A DNA stretch of 64,000 nucleotides, from contig OZ245897.1 in the NCBI GenBank assembly GCA_965229675.1, positions 1,046,092 through 1,110,091 of the forward strand. Reading direction: 5' to 3'. A program made the position numbers and the translations under genes. Each line of letters starts with the position of its first letter. The first letter of the stretch is position 1. Positions 39,968 through 50,563 of the stretch are shown here, piece by piece. Source of the DNA: Alphaproteobacteria bacterium (GTDB lineage Bacteria > Pseudomonadota > Alphaproteobacteria > CBDDJK01). The notes beneath the pieces are model-generated. The model ran no database searches, was not told where the DNA came from, and saw only the letters and a program-made list of their open reading frames with translations.

Positions 39968-40914
39968 TATCCTAACCTTGGGTCAAGCATAGAAGCCAAC
40001 CTATTTAATCCAAAATTAACCAGCATGATGGTGATAACCATCAATAAAACAACCGCACGAACCGTGATTAAATCGCGTTGTAACACCGCTTGGAATAATA
40101 AGCGTCCTAGCCCTGGTAAAGAAAATAAGGTTTCAACAAGAATGGTTCCCGATAATAAAAACGAAAATTGTAAGCCAACCAAGGTTGCCATGATGATTAA
40201 CGCATTGGGAAAAGCGTGCCGCCAAAGACAAACACGCCACGAACATCCCTTGGCACGTGCGGTTCTTAGAAAATCTTGATTTAAAACATCAATCATTGTG
40301 CTTCTGGTAATGCGCGCTAGTATAGCTATTTGTGGAACGGCCAGTGCGAATGCAGGTAAGGTTAAACGATACATCCCATCTGCCATTGATGAAATAATAG
40401 ATTGATCTTTACTAAACCAGCTTTGAAAGCCACCCGCAGGAAACCAGCCCAGAGTCACACTAAACAAAAAAATAAGCAACAACCCTAACCAGAAATTTGG
40501 AATTGCAATACCAATTCTTGTAAATAAGGCAATGAGTTTATCCAGCCTTTGATGATAATGAAACGCTGAATAAATTCCAAGCGGAATGGCTAACAATAGA
40601 GTTAAGCCCATACAATAAAAAATTAATGGTAGGGATAGAAATAACCGTTCAAGGATTAAATCGGATACGGGGACATTATAGGTAAAACTTAGCCCAAAAT
40701 CGCCTTGAACCATTCCCCATAACCACAGCCCATAACGCACCCATAAAGGTTGATCAAGGTTAAGTTCCGTCCTTAATGCTTGTAGGGTATCTTCGCGCGC
40801 TTCCAGCCCTAACATTAGGCTTGCGGGGTCTCCAGGTAGGCCTTCTATAATCAAAAAAACAATAAGGCTTGCAAACAGACTACCGAAAATTAGTCTAAGG
40901 AATATAGGAAACAC
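39967..40914 (-). CDS. ABC transporter permease, DppB/OppB-type
   Basis: EGLPGDP near the N-terminus, the FLRTARAKG EAA-loop, and 6 TM helices. 315 aa. The stop/start overlaps the DppC-like gene. Confidence 0.8.
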   Translation of the reverse strand: MFPIFLRLIFGSLFASLIVFLIIEGLPGDPASLMLGLEAREDTLQALRTELNLDQPLWVRYGLWLWGMVQGDFGLSFTYNVPVSDLILERLFLSLPLIFYCMGLTLLLAIPLGIYSAFHYHQRLDKLIALFTRIGIAIPNFWLGLLLIFLFSVTLGWFPAGGFQSWFSKDQSIISSMADGMYRLTLPAFALAVPQIAILARITRSTMIDVLNQDFLRTARAKGCSWRVCLWRHAFPNALIIMATLVGLQFSFLLSGTILVETLFSLPGLGRLLFQAVLQRDLITVRAVVLLMVITIMLVNFGLNRLASMLDPRLG

Positions 40915-40920
40915 AGCCGT

Positions 40921-43900
40921 TTAAAGTACACGTTCACGATAGGTTTTCATAAAATCTTCAAAGGAAGAACGTGCGGTAAGCTTTTGGACATAATCTTCAA
41001 TCTCAGCCTTTTGTTGCAAATCACGTGGCGCAAAATCTCTGCTGGTTAGATAATCGAAAACATCAGCTATTTCTGTACGACTCATCGAAGGGCCATAGAC
41101 TTCTCTTAGATAATCAAGCCCACGCCGATCATTATCTAATTTAAGTGCAACCGCCCAATCCACAACATATTGCGCCCGCTCTTCAGGTAGCGATTGCCGC
41201 GCCCGTTGTGGTGGTTTTCCAGCTAAGCGTTGAAGATTTTTTGCAACTTCTCCCCATTGTCGATTCTTCCAGTAAATATCACGGCGGAGTAAATTCGCTT
41301 CATCGCTAATATCTCCTGCTAATAACTTTAATGCTTCTTCAGGACGATTAAGTTCAAACTGTGCTTGTGCGCGCAATCTACGCCGATCATCATAAAGCGC
41401 ACCTTGAGAGGTAATATCTTCGGTTTTATCCAAAGCTTCCAATGTTTTATCGGGCTTACTTTCAAGCAACCGAACAAGTGCTAATTTTGTGCCTGTTTCA
41501 ATGCGCTCTTCCCCTTCAAGGCGATGGTCAATTTGATAATCCAACAATGTGGCGGCATGATCCAACAAATCGACCTGAATAAGTCGTTGTGACAGGTAAT
41601 TGATCATCTGATCCCCTTCTTCATCAGGCGGTGTTAGCTCCCGATAAGCATCAAAAAATGCAAGGGCTTGAGCGGCAGGCATTTCATTTGCTTTACGGTT
41701 CAAAAATAAATCCCGAAAGGTCGATTGCATACGATTACCAATAACTTCAACCATCGGATTATCTGGAAAATAGCTTAACGCTGTCTTATAAACATCAAAT
41801 CCTTCAAAATATAGGCCATTATTAATGTACAGCTTTCCTAATTGATCAAGCACGGCCAATTCAAATTCATTACCGCGCCATTGATAGCGTAACTGTTCAA
41901 GAATTTCTAAGGCTTCTTGGTTAGAGATTGTCTCTTGCCTTAAATTTAACCCCACATAAGCAAATGCAGCACGTGCTGCATTTTTACGATCATTGCCTGC
42001 CATTAATTCCTGCCAATATTGATTGGCAAGGGCATAATCAGAACGTGACGCAACCATTCGCCCTTTATTATATTGTAAATCGCCAAGCACGCCACGTGGC
42101 AATAGGTCTTTTTCACGATCCAATTGGTCGATGATTGCCGTTGCCATTCGAACATCGCGATTTTCCATGGCAGCTTCAATCGCCATGATCCCCAATTTTC
42201 CTTTTAAGGGTTGTGGATAATTTCGTAACTGATTGACTGCAAGGCGAAAATATTCCAATGCCCTTGCGCTATTGCCACGTTCGGCAAGTAACGCAGCATT
42301 CCATAAAATTCCTTCGCGATATTGTCCAACTTCACGGTCACCTAAATCTTGTTCAGCTTCATCAAGCCGTCCTGCCATGAAATTTGCAACACCACGCAAG
42401 GCGCGTACAGGTACAGATTCAATCAATTTTGGGTGATCTCGTTCTATTAAATCTAAAACCCCTAAGGCTTCTTGTCCCAAATCATGTGCTACATAAAACC
42501 GTGCCAAATAAAGCCGTGCGCGGGCAATATCTGCTTTAGACATTTCTGTTATATTGTTTAATAAGCGTTGCTTGTTTGTATAAAAATCTTCCGCAGGCCC
42601 AAGCGCCCATTCTTTGAAATCAAACAGATTTGCAGTTTTAAAACTGATATTAGATTCAGTGGCATTTTCAGGTGAAACGCCAGATAGCTGTAAACCGTTG
42701 GGGGCAGAAATGCGAAAGCCATCTTCGGCCTTTGTGAAAACCATACGATCCGTTAAAGTTTCAATGGCCAAACCTTGCGCAGAAGGTAAAAGATTAAATT
42801 CAGGATAGCGTCGTAGCCCATTAACGCCAAGCCCTGCTTCGCGGAATGTAATAATATTAAGTTCATCGCCTGTAACTGGATCAATAACAGAAATATGCTC
42901 TCCTGGTTCTTGGCTAGCTAAAAACATATGGCTACCAAGGTCTGCATTAACGCTAATATCAATCGGCAATTGGCTTGCGGGCATAATGGGCCCAAGGCGT
43001 AAATCAACCTGCCATAGGCCGCCCTCTCTTTTTAATGATGGGTTGATCCTTGTATCGGGAACATGCAAACGAAAAAGGGTTTTTTGTTCAATCGGCATTT
43101 GTTCAATATCGATAATCACATCTTGATTAATACCGCCTAAGGGTTCCATATCCATGGGTGTTGAATCGTCAAATACCAGCCATATATATTCACCGCGACG
43201 AAAAACGGCACCGCCCACTGTTGTTGGCCAATCAAAGCGCATATTCACCAAGGTAGGGCCAATAACATTTTCTGGTTTATCTGTTTCGCTTTCTTCGTTT
43301 GACAGGAGATTAGCGTCTTTCCCTTCGGCAGCAACTAAAATTTCGCGTGCTTGATCTTTGGTCATGAATTTTGTGTCTAATGTCCCAGCTAAAACAGCGC
43401 GTGCCGCTTCAATTTCAGTTTGACTATATTGCCGTGTTCCTCTTTTTGTTTTTCTTGCCAAGGAAATTTCGGGGGGCAGTAAACGAATAATAATTCGTGC
43501 GCTTTGTGATTTTGTTTCTATTTCATGATGGCGTGTCATATTGAATAGAATAGAGGTTTTAGAACTCTCCGATGTGATAACAGGCGCACGTAACCAATCA
43601 GGCAATTTTTGTTTAAGTTCTTCACGGTCAATTTCTGCACCAGCTGAGAAGGATAAATCTAAATTACCTTGACGATTAACCGCATCAAAACTGACTCGTA
43701 CTGGCCAATCAAAGATAAGATCGGTTACCCCATCTTGATCTTGATCAACCATAACATCAACTTGATAGAATACATTTCCTTCTTGATCACGCTTCGTGCG
43801 TTTTAAACGATCAAGCGGCGATATAACGGGGGCTGCTTGTTCGGCAATCGGTATTCTGGAAGGTTCAATACGGTTGCTTTGTGCTTGTTGATTGTTTTCT

Positions 43901-44457
43901 ACTGGTTCAAATCCAGGGGATGAAGGCCGCAACGAATTTGTTTGTTCAATAAATTCTTCTTCTAATTCAAAAGATTGTGGTTCAGAATTTACGGATTGAA
44001 ACCCGTCATCCTCTTCATTTACATTCTCTGATGTTGTCCCCCCGCCATCTGTTGCCAAATTAGAATTAGACGCTTCATCAGCCGCATATAATTCCAAGAT
44101 GACGCGATTGGAACGATTGAATGCCAATATTTCTACATTACGCTTAAGAATAATGACAACATTTTTACCATCTTCTGTGATCCGTCCCCCTGAAATATAG
44201 CTTGGTGCTAATCGACCAATCGGGGCAATATTAGCAATTAACGGTTCAGAAAATTTAACCGTTATTTTTTGCCCACTTAATTGCGCTTCATAATTTACTT
44301 GTTTTGGCCAATCAAACGAAACTTGTGCTTTTGCAGGCTGTTCCCACGCACGAACAAGTACGGGCGTTTGCGCATTCGCAACCGAGGAAAATAATAAAAT
44401 AAATAATAGCCCTGCTAGAAAAGCTACAAACCGTATGTTATGTTGATTAATCATCAT
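40921..44457 (-). CDS. Large (1178 aa) secreted protein with an acidic low-complexity region and a C-terminal TPR-like helical repeat region; function unknown
   Basis: Signal peptide FVAFLAGLLFILLFSSVANA. An E/D/S/N-rich linker follows. The C-terminal ~500 aa are rich in helical repeat-like segments (ARLYLARFYVAHDLGQEALGVL...). Confidence 0.45.
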   Translation of the reverse strand: MMINQHNIRFVAFLAGLLFILLFSSVANAQTPVLVRAWEQPAKAQVSFDWPKQVNYEAQLSGQKITVKFSEPLIANIAPIGRLAPSYISGGRITEDGKNVVIILKRNVEILAFNRSNRVILELYAADEASNSNLATDGGGTTSENVNEEDDGFQSVNSEPQSFELEEEFIEQTNSLRPSSPGFEPVENNQQAQSNRIEPSRIPIAEQAAPVISPLDRLKRTKRDQEGNVFYQVDVMVDQDQDGVTDLIFDWPVRVSFDAVNRQGNLDLSFSAGAEIDREELKQKLPDWLRAPVITSESSKTSILFNMTRHHEIETKSQSARIIIRLLPPEISLARKTKRGTRQYSQTEIEAARAVLAGTLDTKFMTKDQAREILVAAEGKDANLLSNEESETDKPENVIGPTLVNMRFDWPTTVGGAVFRRGEYIWLVFDDSTPMDMEPLGGINQDVIIDIEQMPIEQKTLFRLHVPDTRINPSLKREGGLWQVDLRLGPIMPASQLPIDISVNADLGSHMFLASQEPGEHISVIDPVTGDELNIITFREAGLGVNGLRRYPEFNLLPSAQGLAIETLTDRMVFTKAEDGFRISAPNGLQLSGVSPENATESNISFKTANLFDFKEWALGPAEDFYTNKQRLLNNITEMSKADIARARLYLARFYVAHDLGQEALGVLDLIERDHPKLIESVPVRALRGVANFMAGRLDEAEQDLGDREVGQYREGILWNAALLAERGNSARALEYFRLAVNQLRNYPQPLKGKLGIMAIEAAMENRDVRMATAIIDQLDREKDLLPRGVLGDLQYNKGRMVASRSDYALANQYWQELMAGNDRKNAARAAFAYVGLNLRQETISNQEALEILEQLRYQWRGNEFELAVLDQLGKLYINNGLYFEGFDVYKTALSYFPDNPMVEVIGNRMQSTFRDLFLNRKANEMPAAQALAFFDAYRELTPPDEEGDQMINYLSQRLIQVDLLDHAATLLDYQIDHRLEGEERIETGTKLALVRLLESKPDKTLEALDKTEDITSQGALYDDRRRLRAQAQFELNRPEEALKLLAGDISDEANLLRRDIYWKNRQWGEVAKNLQRLAGKPPQRARQSLPEERAQYVVDWAVALKLDNDRRGLDYLREVYGPSMSRTEIADVFDYLTSRDFAPRDLQQKAEIEDYVQKLTARSSFEDFMKTYRERVL

Positions 44458-44466
44458 TGCCCTAAC

Positions 44467-45333
44467 TTATTGACCACGCAAAATTTGACCGATTAAAATC
44501 GTTACCTGATTCCCATCAGGTTCGGTATTTTCTTTAGCCACTGTTGTTTCAGACATTTGTTCCTTAGATGGAGACGAAATATCACCCGCAACGATGATTG
44601 GTAACCCTAAATATCCACCTGCAATGAATAAGCGCGCCATTTTACGCCCGCGTGCTAAGGACATACGAAGGGATTCTTGAATAAGTTCACTGCGTTCGAC
44701 CTCATTATTTGGTAAATTATCTAATCCTTCAAGGGCGACTTTGATTTCAATTTGATTAGGCAATTCATTCAAAGTTAAAGCAAGTGTCCTTAACATTTCT
44801 TGCGTTTGTTCGGGAGCTTTTAAATTAACAGTTTTTTGAGTAAATTGCACATCAGAACTTAAATATAGCATAAGGCGATTCTGATTTTGGCCAAATTTAA
44901 CTTGAGAGAGAAGCTCCAACCCTTCAAATGTTTTCGGCAATGTTTTCGCCATATAATCTAAATTTTGTCCATAGCCGATGCGAAAGCTATCTATTCCAAG
45001 GGCGGCGGTTCGCTGTTCCACCCTTTGCGGGCTAAAACTACTATTGAAGGTTTGAACCAGCTCATCCCATTTTCCTTCCTTGATTGAAGACATTGAAAAC
45101 ATCATCACAAAAAAGGTTAGCATTAACGCAGTTAAATCACTAAAACTGATTAACCACATCCGCCTTGCAACAAAGCTTCTTTGCTGCGTTTTTTTGATTA
45201 AATGCGTTGTATGATGGCTTTCTTCATACTCTTCAAACGGTTGCGCTTGATCTGGAAGTCCAAATGGATTGCCTGCTTCTGCCTTTGGGGCATTCAAGAT
45301 ATTTTCTGTTGAGGAATTATTATTGGACGACAT
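44467..45333 (-). CDS. MotB/OmpA-like membrane-anchored protein (degenerate peptidoglycan-binding C-terminus)
   Basis: A single TM WLISFSDLTALMLTFFVMMF resembles the MotB plug/TM region (W..YADLMT.L..FF). The C-terminal LSLARGRKMARLFIAGG resembles the tail of an OmpA_C domain. Confidence 0.45.
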   Translation of the reverse strand: MSSNNNSSTENILNAPKAEAGNPFGLPDQAQPFEEYEESHHTTHLIKKTQQRSFVARRMWLISFSDLTALMLTFFVMMFSMSSIKEGKWDELVQTFNSSFSPQRVEQRTAALGIDSFRIGYGQNLDYMAKTLPKTFEGLELLSQVKFGQNQNRLMLYLSSDVQFTQKTVNLKAPEQTQEMLRTLALTLNELPNQIEIKVALEGLDNLPNNEVERSELIQESLRMSLARGRKMARLFIAGGYLGLPIIVAGDISSPSKEQMSETTVAKENTEPDGNQVTILIGQILRGQ

Positions 45334-45338
45334 CGTGA

Positions 45339-46283
45339 TTATCCTATTGTGCGCAACGTAAATTGAACAGAATTAAACGCCTGTACTGATTCTTGTGGTG
45401 CGGCCTGCGGTGTTTCTGATTCTGGAGTGTCAGTAGCAGGTTGTGGCACATCTTCATTATCCGTTGACGGATCAGTTTCTTCAGAAGGTTCTGGTAGGAA
45501 TTCTAAGCGAAAATAAAATCTGGTTCCTTCTGGTAGCGTGGGTTCACTTTCACGAATATTAAAACTTAACCTTTCAGGGTTAAACCCTGCTTCTTCAAAA
45601 ACAGAGGTCAGGGTGATAATACGCTCGATTGCAATTCTGGACGCTTCAGGCATTTGTCCTATGCCTTCTGGAATTGATAATTTTAAATCACCTGGCAATA
45701 ACTCCCAAGCACGTTTATTTTCAAGGATAGAATCGGTTGTCTCTTGTGTGGTTTCAACCTCTTCAGATTTCTCAGTTAAATAATCATCAACAAAAAAGAT
45801 AACATCCAAATAAAAAAGCTGGTTTCCAGGAAAATTTTCCATCACTTCAACGGTTGAAGCTAATAATTTTTCACGATCATCATGAAGGATAGCCTGCCCC
45901 CTAACAAATAGTGCGTCATAAGGCACATCCAGCATCATATGTTCTCCACGCGAAAAGATAGATATATCAGCTAATGGAATAAGCGTAGCCCATAATTTAT
46001 GGCTGGTTGAAATAATGCTGGAAGCATCAGGAAATGGACCAAAATTTGATAAGGCAAGATCATCTTCATCTGGTGCAACCACAACCACTTTATCTTCTGC
46101 AACAAAATGCCCTGTCACTTCCTCAAGCCGTGCCGCATCGATATCCGATAAGGCATTAAGTAGAATAAAAAAGGCCAATAATAATAAGAATAAAGATAAA
46201 AATAGCAAAATCTGCCCACCAACGCCAGCATCTGGTGCTTGGCGAAGCCATCGACTTTTTTTTATGATATAAGTCCCTTCCAT
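45339..46283 (-). CDS. Hypothetical bitopic membrane protein with a Pro/Glu/Thr-rich C-terminal tail
   Basis: A single TM ILLFLSLFLLLLAFFILLNAL and a C-terminal low-complexity segment PEPSEETDPSTDNEDVPQPATDTPESETPQAAPQ. Confidence 0.4.
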   Translation of the reverse strand: MEGTYIIKKSRWLRQAPDAGVGGQILLFLSLFLLLLAFFILLNALSDIDAARLEEVTGHFVAEDKVVVVAPDEDDLALSNFGPFPDASSIISTSHKLWATLIPLADISIFSRGEHMMLDVPYDALFVRGQAILHDDREKLLASTVEVMENFPGNQLFYLDVIFFVDDYLTEKSEEVETTQETTDSILENKRAWELLPGDLKLSIPEGIGQMPEASRIAIERIITLTSVFEEAGFNPERLSFNIRESEPTLPEGTRFYFRLEFLPEPSEETDPSTDNEDVPQPATDTPESETPQAAPQESVQAFNSVQFTLRTIG

Positions 46284-46429
46284 ACCCTAAAAATCTCTTT
46301 TGAAAAGCTAACTTTTGCACAAGGATCTACTATTAACATTGCCTGATTTGCCTTATGATTGCAAGTCTATTGAAAACAGTCAAAAAACTAGATAAAACCA
46401 CCATAATCAAAAGAAATTATAGGATATTG

Positions 46430-48274
46430 ATGAGAACAAAAGATCGAAAACGCTTTTCAATGCTTAGCCGCCGTTCCGCCTTGCTATTAGGAGGGCAAGC
46501 GGCACTTGTTGGGATTATGGGGGCGCGTCTGTTTCAATTGCAAGTGGTTGAGCATGACCGTTACCAAGATCAAGCAACGAAGAATAGTTTGAGCTATCGT
46601 ATGCTTACGCCAACACGGGGGCTTATTCGTGACCGCTATAATAGGATTTTGGTTGATAATACCAAACGTTTTACCCTTAAAATTACCCCTGACCAAACAA
46701 AAGACCGCGATCTGCGGGAGGTATTGGAACAAGTCGCACAAATTATTCCGCTGAATAAGAAATCAATTGATCAATTGATTGCTAGGCGTGCAAAGCAGTT
46801 TGGATTTGTGCCTTTGATTATTCGTGAACATTTAAGTTGGAAAGAATTAGCAAAAATTAGCGTTGAAATTCATAAACTTCCTGGCATCGAAATTGTTGAT
46901 GGGTCAAGGCGCACTTACCCGCATCATTTTTATACAGCACCTGTAACAGGTTATGTTGGGCGTGTTAGCCCTGAAGAAATGAAAGCGGATCAACCCTTAC
47001 TTAACATGCCTGATTTTAGGATTGGCAAACAAGCGATTGAACATGTTTATGACAATAAGTTGCGTGGCACTGAAGGGTATCAAAAACAGCTTGTTAATGC
47101 GCATGGACGGCGAATTGCAATTAAAGAAACGGATTCTCCTAAACAAGGGCAGGATTTAAAACTCACCTTGGATATTGACCTGCAAAAATATGCTTATGAT
47201 GCCTTGATAAAACACCAAGCAGGTGCTGCTGTGTTGTTGGAGGTTGATAGCGGTGCGGTACGCGTACTCGCCTCCTGCCCATCTTACAATCCTAATCAAT
47301 TTGTGGATGGCATTGCGCCAAGCCTTTGGAAGGCTTATTTGAACGATCCTTATTATCCGCTGGTAAATAAAGCCGTTACGGGGCTTTACGCACCAGGCTC
47401 AACCTTTAAACTGATAACCTTATTGGCCGCTTTGAAAACTGGCATTTCCCCTAATTTTAATGTCCCATGCTTTGGGGATATTGAATATGGTGGTCATCAA
47501 TTTCATTGTTGGAAAGAACGCGGTCATGGACAGATGAACGCAATAAGTGCAATGAGGGAGTCTTGTGATGTATGGTTTTATGAAGTTGCCAAAAAAGTTG
47601 GAATCCAAGCCATCGCAGATATGGCACGTGATTTAGGGTTAGGTGCGCTAACAGGTATTGATCTTGAAGGGGAACGGGCAGGGCTTATCCCTGACCCTGA
47701 TTGGAAACGAAAAGCGCGAAATGCTTCTTGGTATGGCGGGGAAACCTTGATCAACGCCATTGGTCAAGGTTTTGTCCTTGCAACCCCCCTTCAGCTTGCA
47801 ACCATGATGGCAAGATTGGCGAAAGGTGGAAGGAATGTTACGCCTTATCTTAATGAGGCTTTGAAAGCTAAGCGTTTATCACAACAAGCGGCGGATTCTA
47901 CGCCCCTTATTCCAAGCGCACATTTAACCACCCTTAATCTTGCGTTAAGTGAAGTGGTCAATCATTCGCGTGGTACTGCCTATCAAAGCCTTTATGATAA
48001 ACAAGCACCAATGATTATGGGAAAAACAGGCACAAGTCAGGTTCGTCGCATTACCATGAAAGAGCGTGAAGAAGGTGTATTGAAGAATGAAAATATAGCA
48101 TGGCGGTTGCGTGATCATGCGTTGTTTGTTGGTTTAGCACCCGTGAAACAACCGCGTTATGCCGTTGCAGTTGTCGTTGAGCATGGAAAAAGTGGGTCTT
48201 CCACCGCAGCACCAATTGCTGGGATGCTTTTAAGAAACGCACTTGAAAAAGATCAAGCGCATCAAAATGTATAG
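46430..48274 (+). CDS. mrdA: Penicillin-binding protein 2 (peptidoglycan D,D-transpeptidase)
   Basis: N-terminal TM, then the transpeptidase motifs STFK (APGSTFKLIT), SxN and KTG (GKTGTSQV). The start may lie at 46355, 46430 or 46460. Confidence 0.85.
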   Translation: MRTKDRKRFSMLSRRSALLLGGQAALVGIMGARLFQLQVVEHDRYQDQATKNSLSYRMLTPTRGLIRDRYNRILVDNTKRFTLKITPDQTKDRDLREVLEQVAQIIPLNKKSIDQLIARRAKQFGFVPLIIREHLSWKELAKISVEIHKLPGIEIVDGSRRTYPHHFYTAPVTGYVGRVSPEEMKADQPLLNMPDFRIGKQAIEHVYDNKLRGTEGYQKQLVNAHGRRIAIKETDSPKQGQDLKLTLDIDLQKYAYDALIKHQAGAAVLLEVDSGAVRVLASCPSYNPNQFVDGIAPSLWKAYLNDPYYPLVNKAVTGLYAPGSTFKLITLLAALKTGISPNFNVPCFGDIEYGGHQFHCWKERGHGQMNAISAMRESCDVWFYEVAKKVGIQAIADMARDLGLGALTGIDLEGERAGLIPDPDWKRKARNASWYGGETLINAIGQGFVLATPLQLATMMARLAKGGRNVTPYLNEALKAKRLSQQAADSTPLIPSAHLTTLNLALSEVVNHSRGTAYQSLYDKQAPMIMGKTGTSQVRRITMKEREEGVLKNENIAWRLRDHALFVGLAPVKQPRYAVAVVVEHGKSGSSTAAPIAGMLLRNALEKDQAHQNV

Positions 48275-48285
48275 ACAATAAAATT

Positions 48286-49434
48286 ATGATTAAATCCGAA
48301 GAAATTTTATTGCCGCCTTTGTTTCAAGGCAGCTTTTTAACAAAATTAATAAGGCTTAATCCTGTAATCCTATTGCTGCTAATAATATGGGCTGGTGTAG
48401 GGATTATCATGCTTTTTTCAGCCGCAGGTGGTTCATTTGACCCTTGGGCAAAACGCCAAACAATCTATCTTGTGATTGGTTTTTGTATGATGTTATTTCT
48501 TGCCTTAACCAATCCTGATTTTTGGCTCTATTGGGCTTATGGCATTTATGGGCTTGCTTTACTATTATTAGGTGCTGTTGAATTGGTTGGAACAACGGGA
48601 ATGGGAGCTAAGCGGTGGCTTGATTTAGGAATCCTCCGCATCCAACCTTCAGAACTTATGAAACCTGCTTTAATCCTTGCACTTGCGGGGTATTTTCACA
48701 AACTTTCGCTTGAGGATACCCATAAACTTCGCCATTTATTAATTCCGATAGTTTTGATTGTGATCCCCGTTATGATGGTAATCCGCCAACCCGATCTTGG
48801 AACGGCAATTGTCTTAATGCTGGGCGGGGTGATGGTGTTATTCTTAGCTGGCGTAAAGCTATGGAAATTTTATGTAATGGCAGTGGGGGTGCTTTTGTCG
48901 CTTCCAATCGCATGGAATTTTATTTTACATGATTATCAAAAACGGCGTATTTTAATCTTTCTTGAGCCAGAACAAGACCCGCTGGGCGCGGGCTATCATA
49001 TTACCCAATCAAAGATTGCTTTGGGTTCTGGAGGGGTTACTGGGCGGGGTTATATGGAAGGCACCCAAAGTCAATATAATTTTTTACCTGAAAAACATAC
49101 AGATTTTATTTTCACGATGTTAGGGGAAGAATTTGGCCTGCGTGGAACCTTTGGGCTTTTATTCATATTTTGTTTGCTTGTTGGTACGGGGACATGGTTA
49201 GCATTACGCGCGCAAAGTCAATTTAATCGGCTTTTAGCCTTTGGATTAATCAATAATTTTGCGCTTTATGTGATGATTAATATTGCAATGGTTACTGGCA
49301 TGGCACCCGTTGTTGGCTTACCGCTTCCAATGATTTCTTATGGCGGTTCTGCGATTATCAGCGTGTTATTAGGGTTTGGGTTGATCTTAATGGTTGGCAT
49401 CAATCGTGACCATCTAACCGATTTACGATCTTAG
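48286..49434 (+). CDS. rodA: SEDS-family peptidoglycan glycosyltransferase RodA
   Basis: About 10 TM helices, and the conserved SEDS segments (PSELMKPALILALA..., GYMEGTQSQYNFLPEKHTDFIF). It lies immediately downstream of mrdA. Confidence 0.85.
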   Translation: MIKSEEILLPPLFQGSFLTKLIRLNPVILLLLIIWAGVGIIMLFSAAGGSFDPWAKRQTIYLVIGFCMMLFLALTNPDFWLYWAYGIYGLALLLLGAVELVGTTGMGAKRWLDLGILRIQPSELMKPALILALAGYFHKLSLEDTHKLRHLLIPIVLIVIPVMMVIRQPDLGTAIVLMLGGVMVLFLAGVKLWKFYVMAVGVLLSLPIAWNFILHDYQKRRILIFLEPEQDPLGAGYHITQSKIALGSGGVTGRGYMEGTQSQYNFLPEKHTDFIFTMLGEEFGLRGTFGLLFIFCLLVGTGTWLALRAQSQFNRLLAFGLINNFALYVMINIAMVTGMAPVVGLPLPMISYGGSAIISVLLGFGLILMVGINRDHLTDLRS

Positions 49435-49536
49435 ATTAAGCTTTAAAAAATAATGGATTTGACATTATTTAGGTTTGGTTTTAACTTAAAGCCATGCAAT
49501 AAAGCTAATTAAATTTAGTTATTATGGAGGTTGGGA

Positions 49537-50547
49537 GTGGCAACAAAAAAAGCAGACAACAAAGCAAATAAGCAGTTGAAATCAAATTCGAATCCTCAAG
49601 AATTATTGGAGGATTATCGTGCGATGTTGCTAATCCGCCGCTTTGAAGAAAAAGCGGGGCAACTTTACGGCATGGGGTTAATTGGCGGCTTTTGCCATCT
49701 TTATATTGGGCAAGAGGCGGTGGTGACTGGAATGCAAGCCTACACAGAAGAAGGGGATACGGTGGTCACCAGCTATCGTGATCATGGGCATATGTTGGCT
49801 TGTGGCATGGATGCAAATGGCGTGATGGCGGAGCTTTTAGGACGATCAGATGGCTATTCTGCGGGTAAAGGCGGCTCCATGCATATGTTTTCGCGTGAAA
49901 AAGGTTTTTTTGGTGGTCATGGAATTGTTGGGGCGCAGGTTCCGCTTGGCGCAGGCACAGGCTTTGCACTGAAATATCAGGGATTAGATCGGGTGGCAGT
50001 GACCTATCTTGGTGATGGTGCAATTAACCAAGGACAGGTATATGAAACCTTTAATATGGCCGCCTTATGGAAATTACCCGTGATTTTTGTTATTGAGAAT
50101 AATCAATATGGCATGGGAACTTCGGTCACGCGTTCTTCGGCTAGTGGGACGAATTTACATGACCGTGGTATTGCCTATGGCATTCCCGGTAAAGAAGTTG
50201 ATGGTATGGATGTTGAAAAAGTACGGGAAGCTGCAAAAGTAGCCTTTGAACATTGCCGCGCTGGTAAAGGACCAATTATATTGGAGATGAAAACCTATCG
50301 CTATCGCGGGCATTCGATGTCTGATCCTGCAAAATATCGTCCCAAAGAGGAAGTTGATTATATGAAACAAACTTCTGATCCAATTGAACGGGTTAAAGCA
50401 AAAATTTTGGAAAATGGTTATGCCGATGAAGCCGCCTTAAAGGACATTGATCGCGAAGTTAAAAAAATCGTTTCTGAGTCGGCTGATTTTGCCCAAGCAA
50501 GTCCAGAACCTGATCTTTCTGAACTTTATACAGATGTGATCGTGTAA
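49537..50547 (+). CDS. pdhA: Pyruvate dehydrogenase E1 component alpha subunit
   Basis: ThDP-binding motif [23 protein letters not shown]. The GTG at 49537 sits 6 nt after a GGAGG RBS (the tabulated ORF begins at TTG 49531). Confidence 0.85.
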   Translation: MATKKADNKANKQLKSNSNPQELLEDYRAMLLIRRFEEKAGQLYGMGLIGGFCHLYIGQEAVVTGMQAYTEEGDTVVTSYRDHGHMLACGMDANGVMAELLGRSDGYSAGKGGSMHMFSREKGFFGGHGIVGAQVPLGAGTGFALKYQGLDRVAVTYLGDGAINQGQVYETFNMAALWKLPVIFVIENNQYGMGTSVTRSSASGTNLHDRGIAYGIPGKEVDGMDVEKVREAAKVAFEHCRAGKGPIILEMKTYRYRGHSMSDPAKYRPKEEVDYMKQTSDPIERVKAKILENGYADEAALKDIDREVKKIVSESADFAQASPEPDLSELYTDVIV

Positions 50548-50563
50548 GGGAGGGGGGGAAGAT

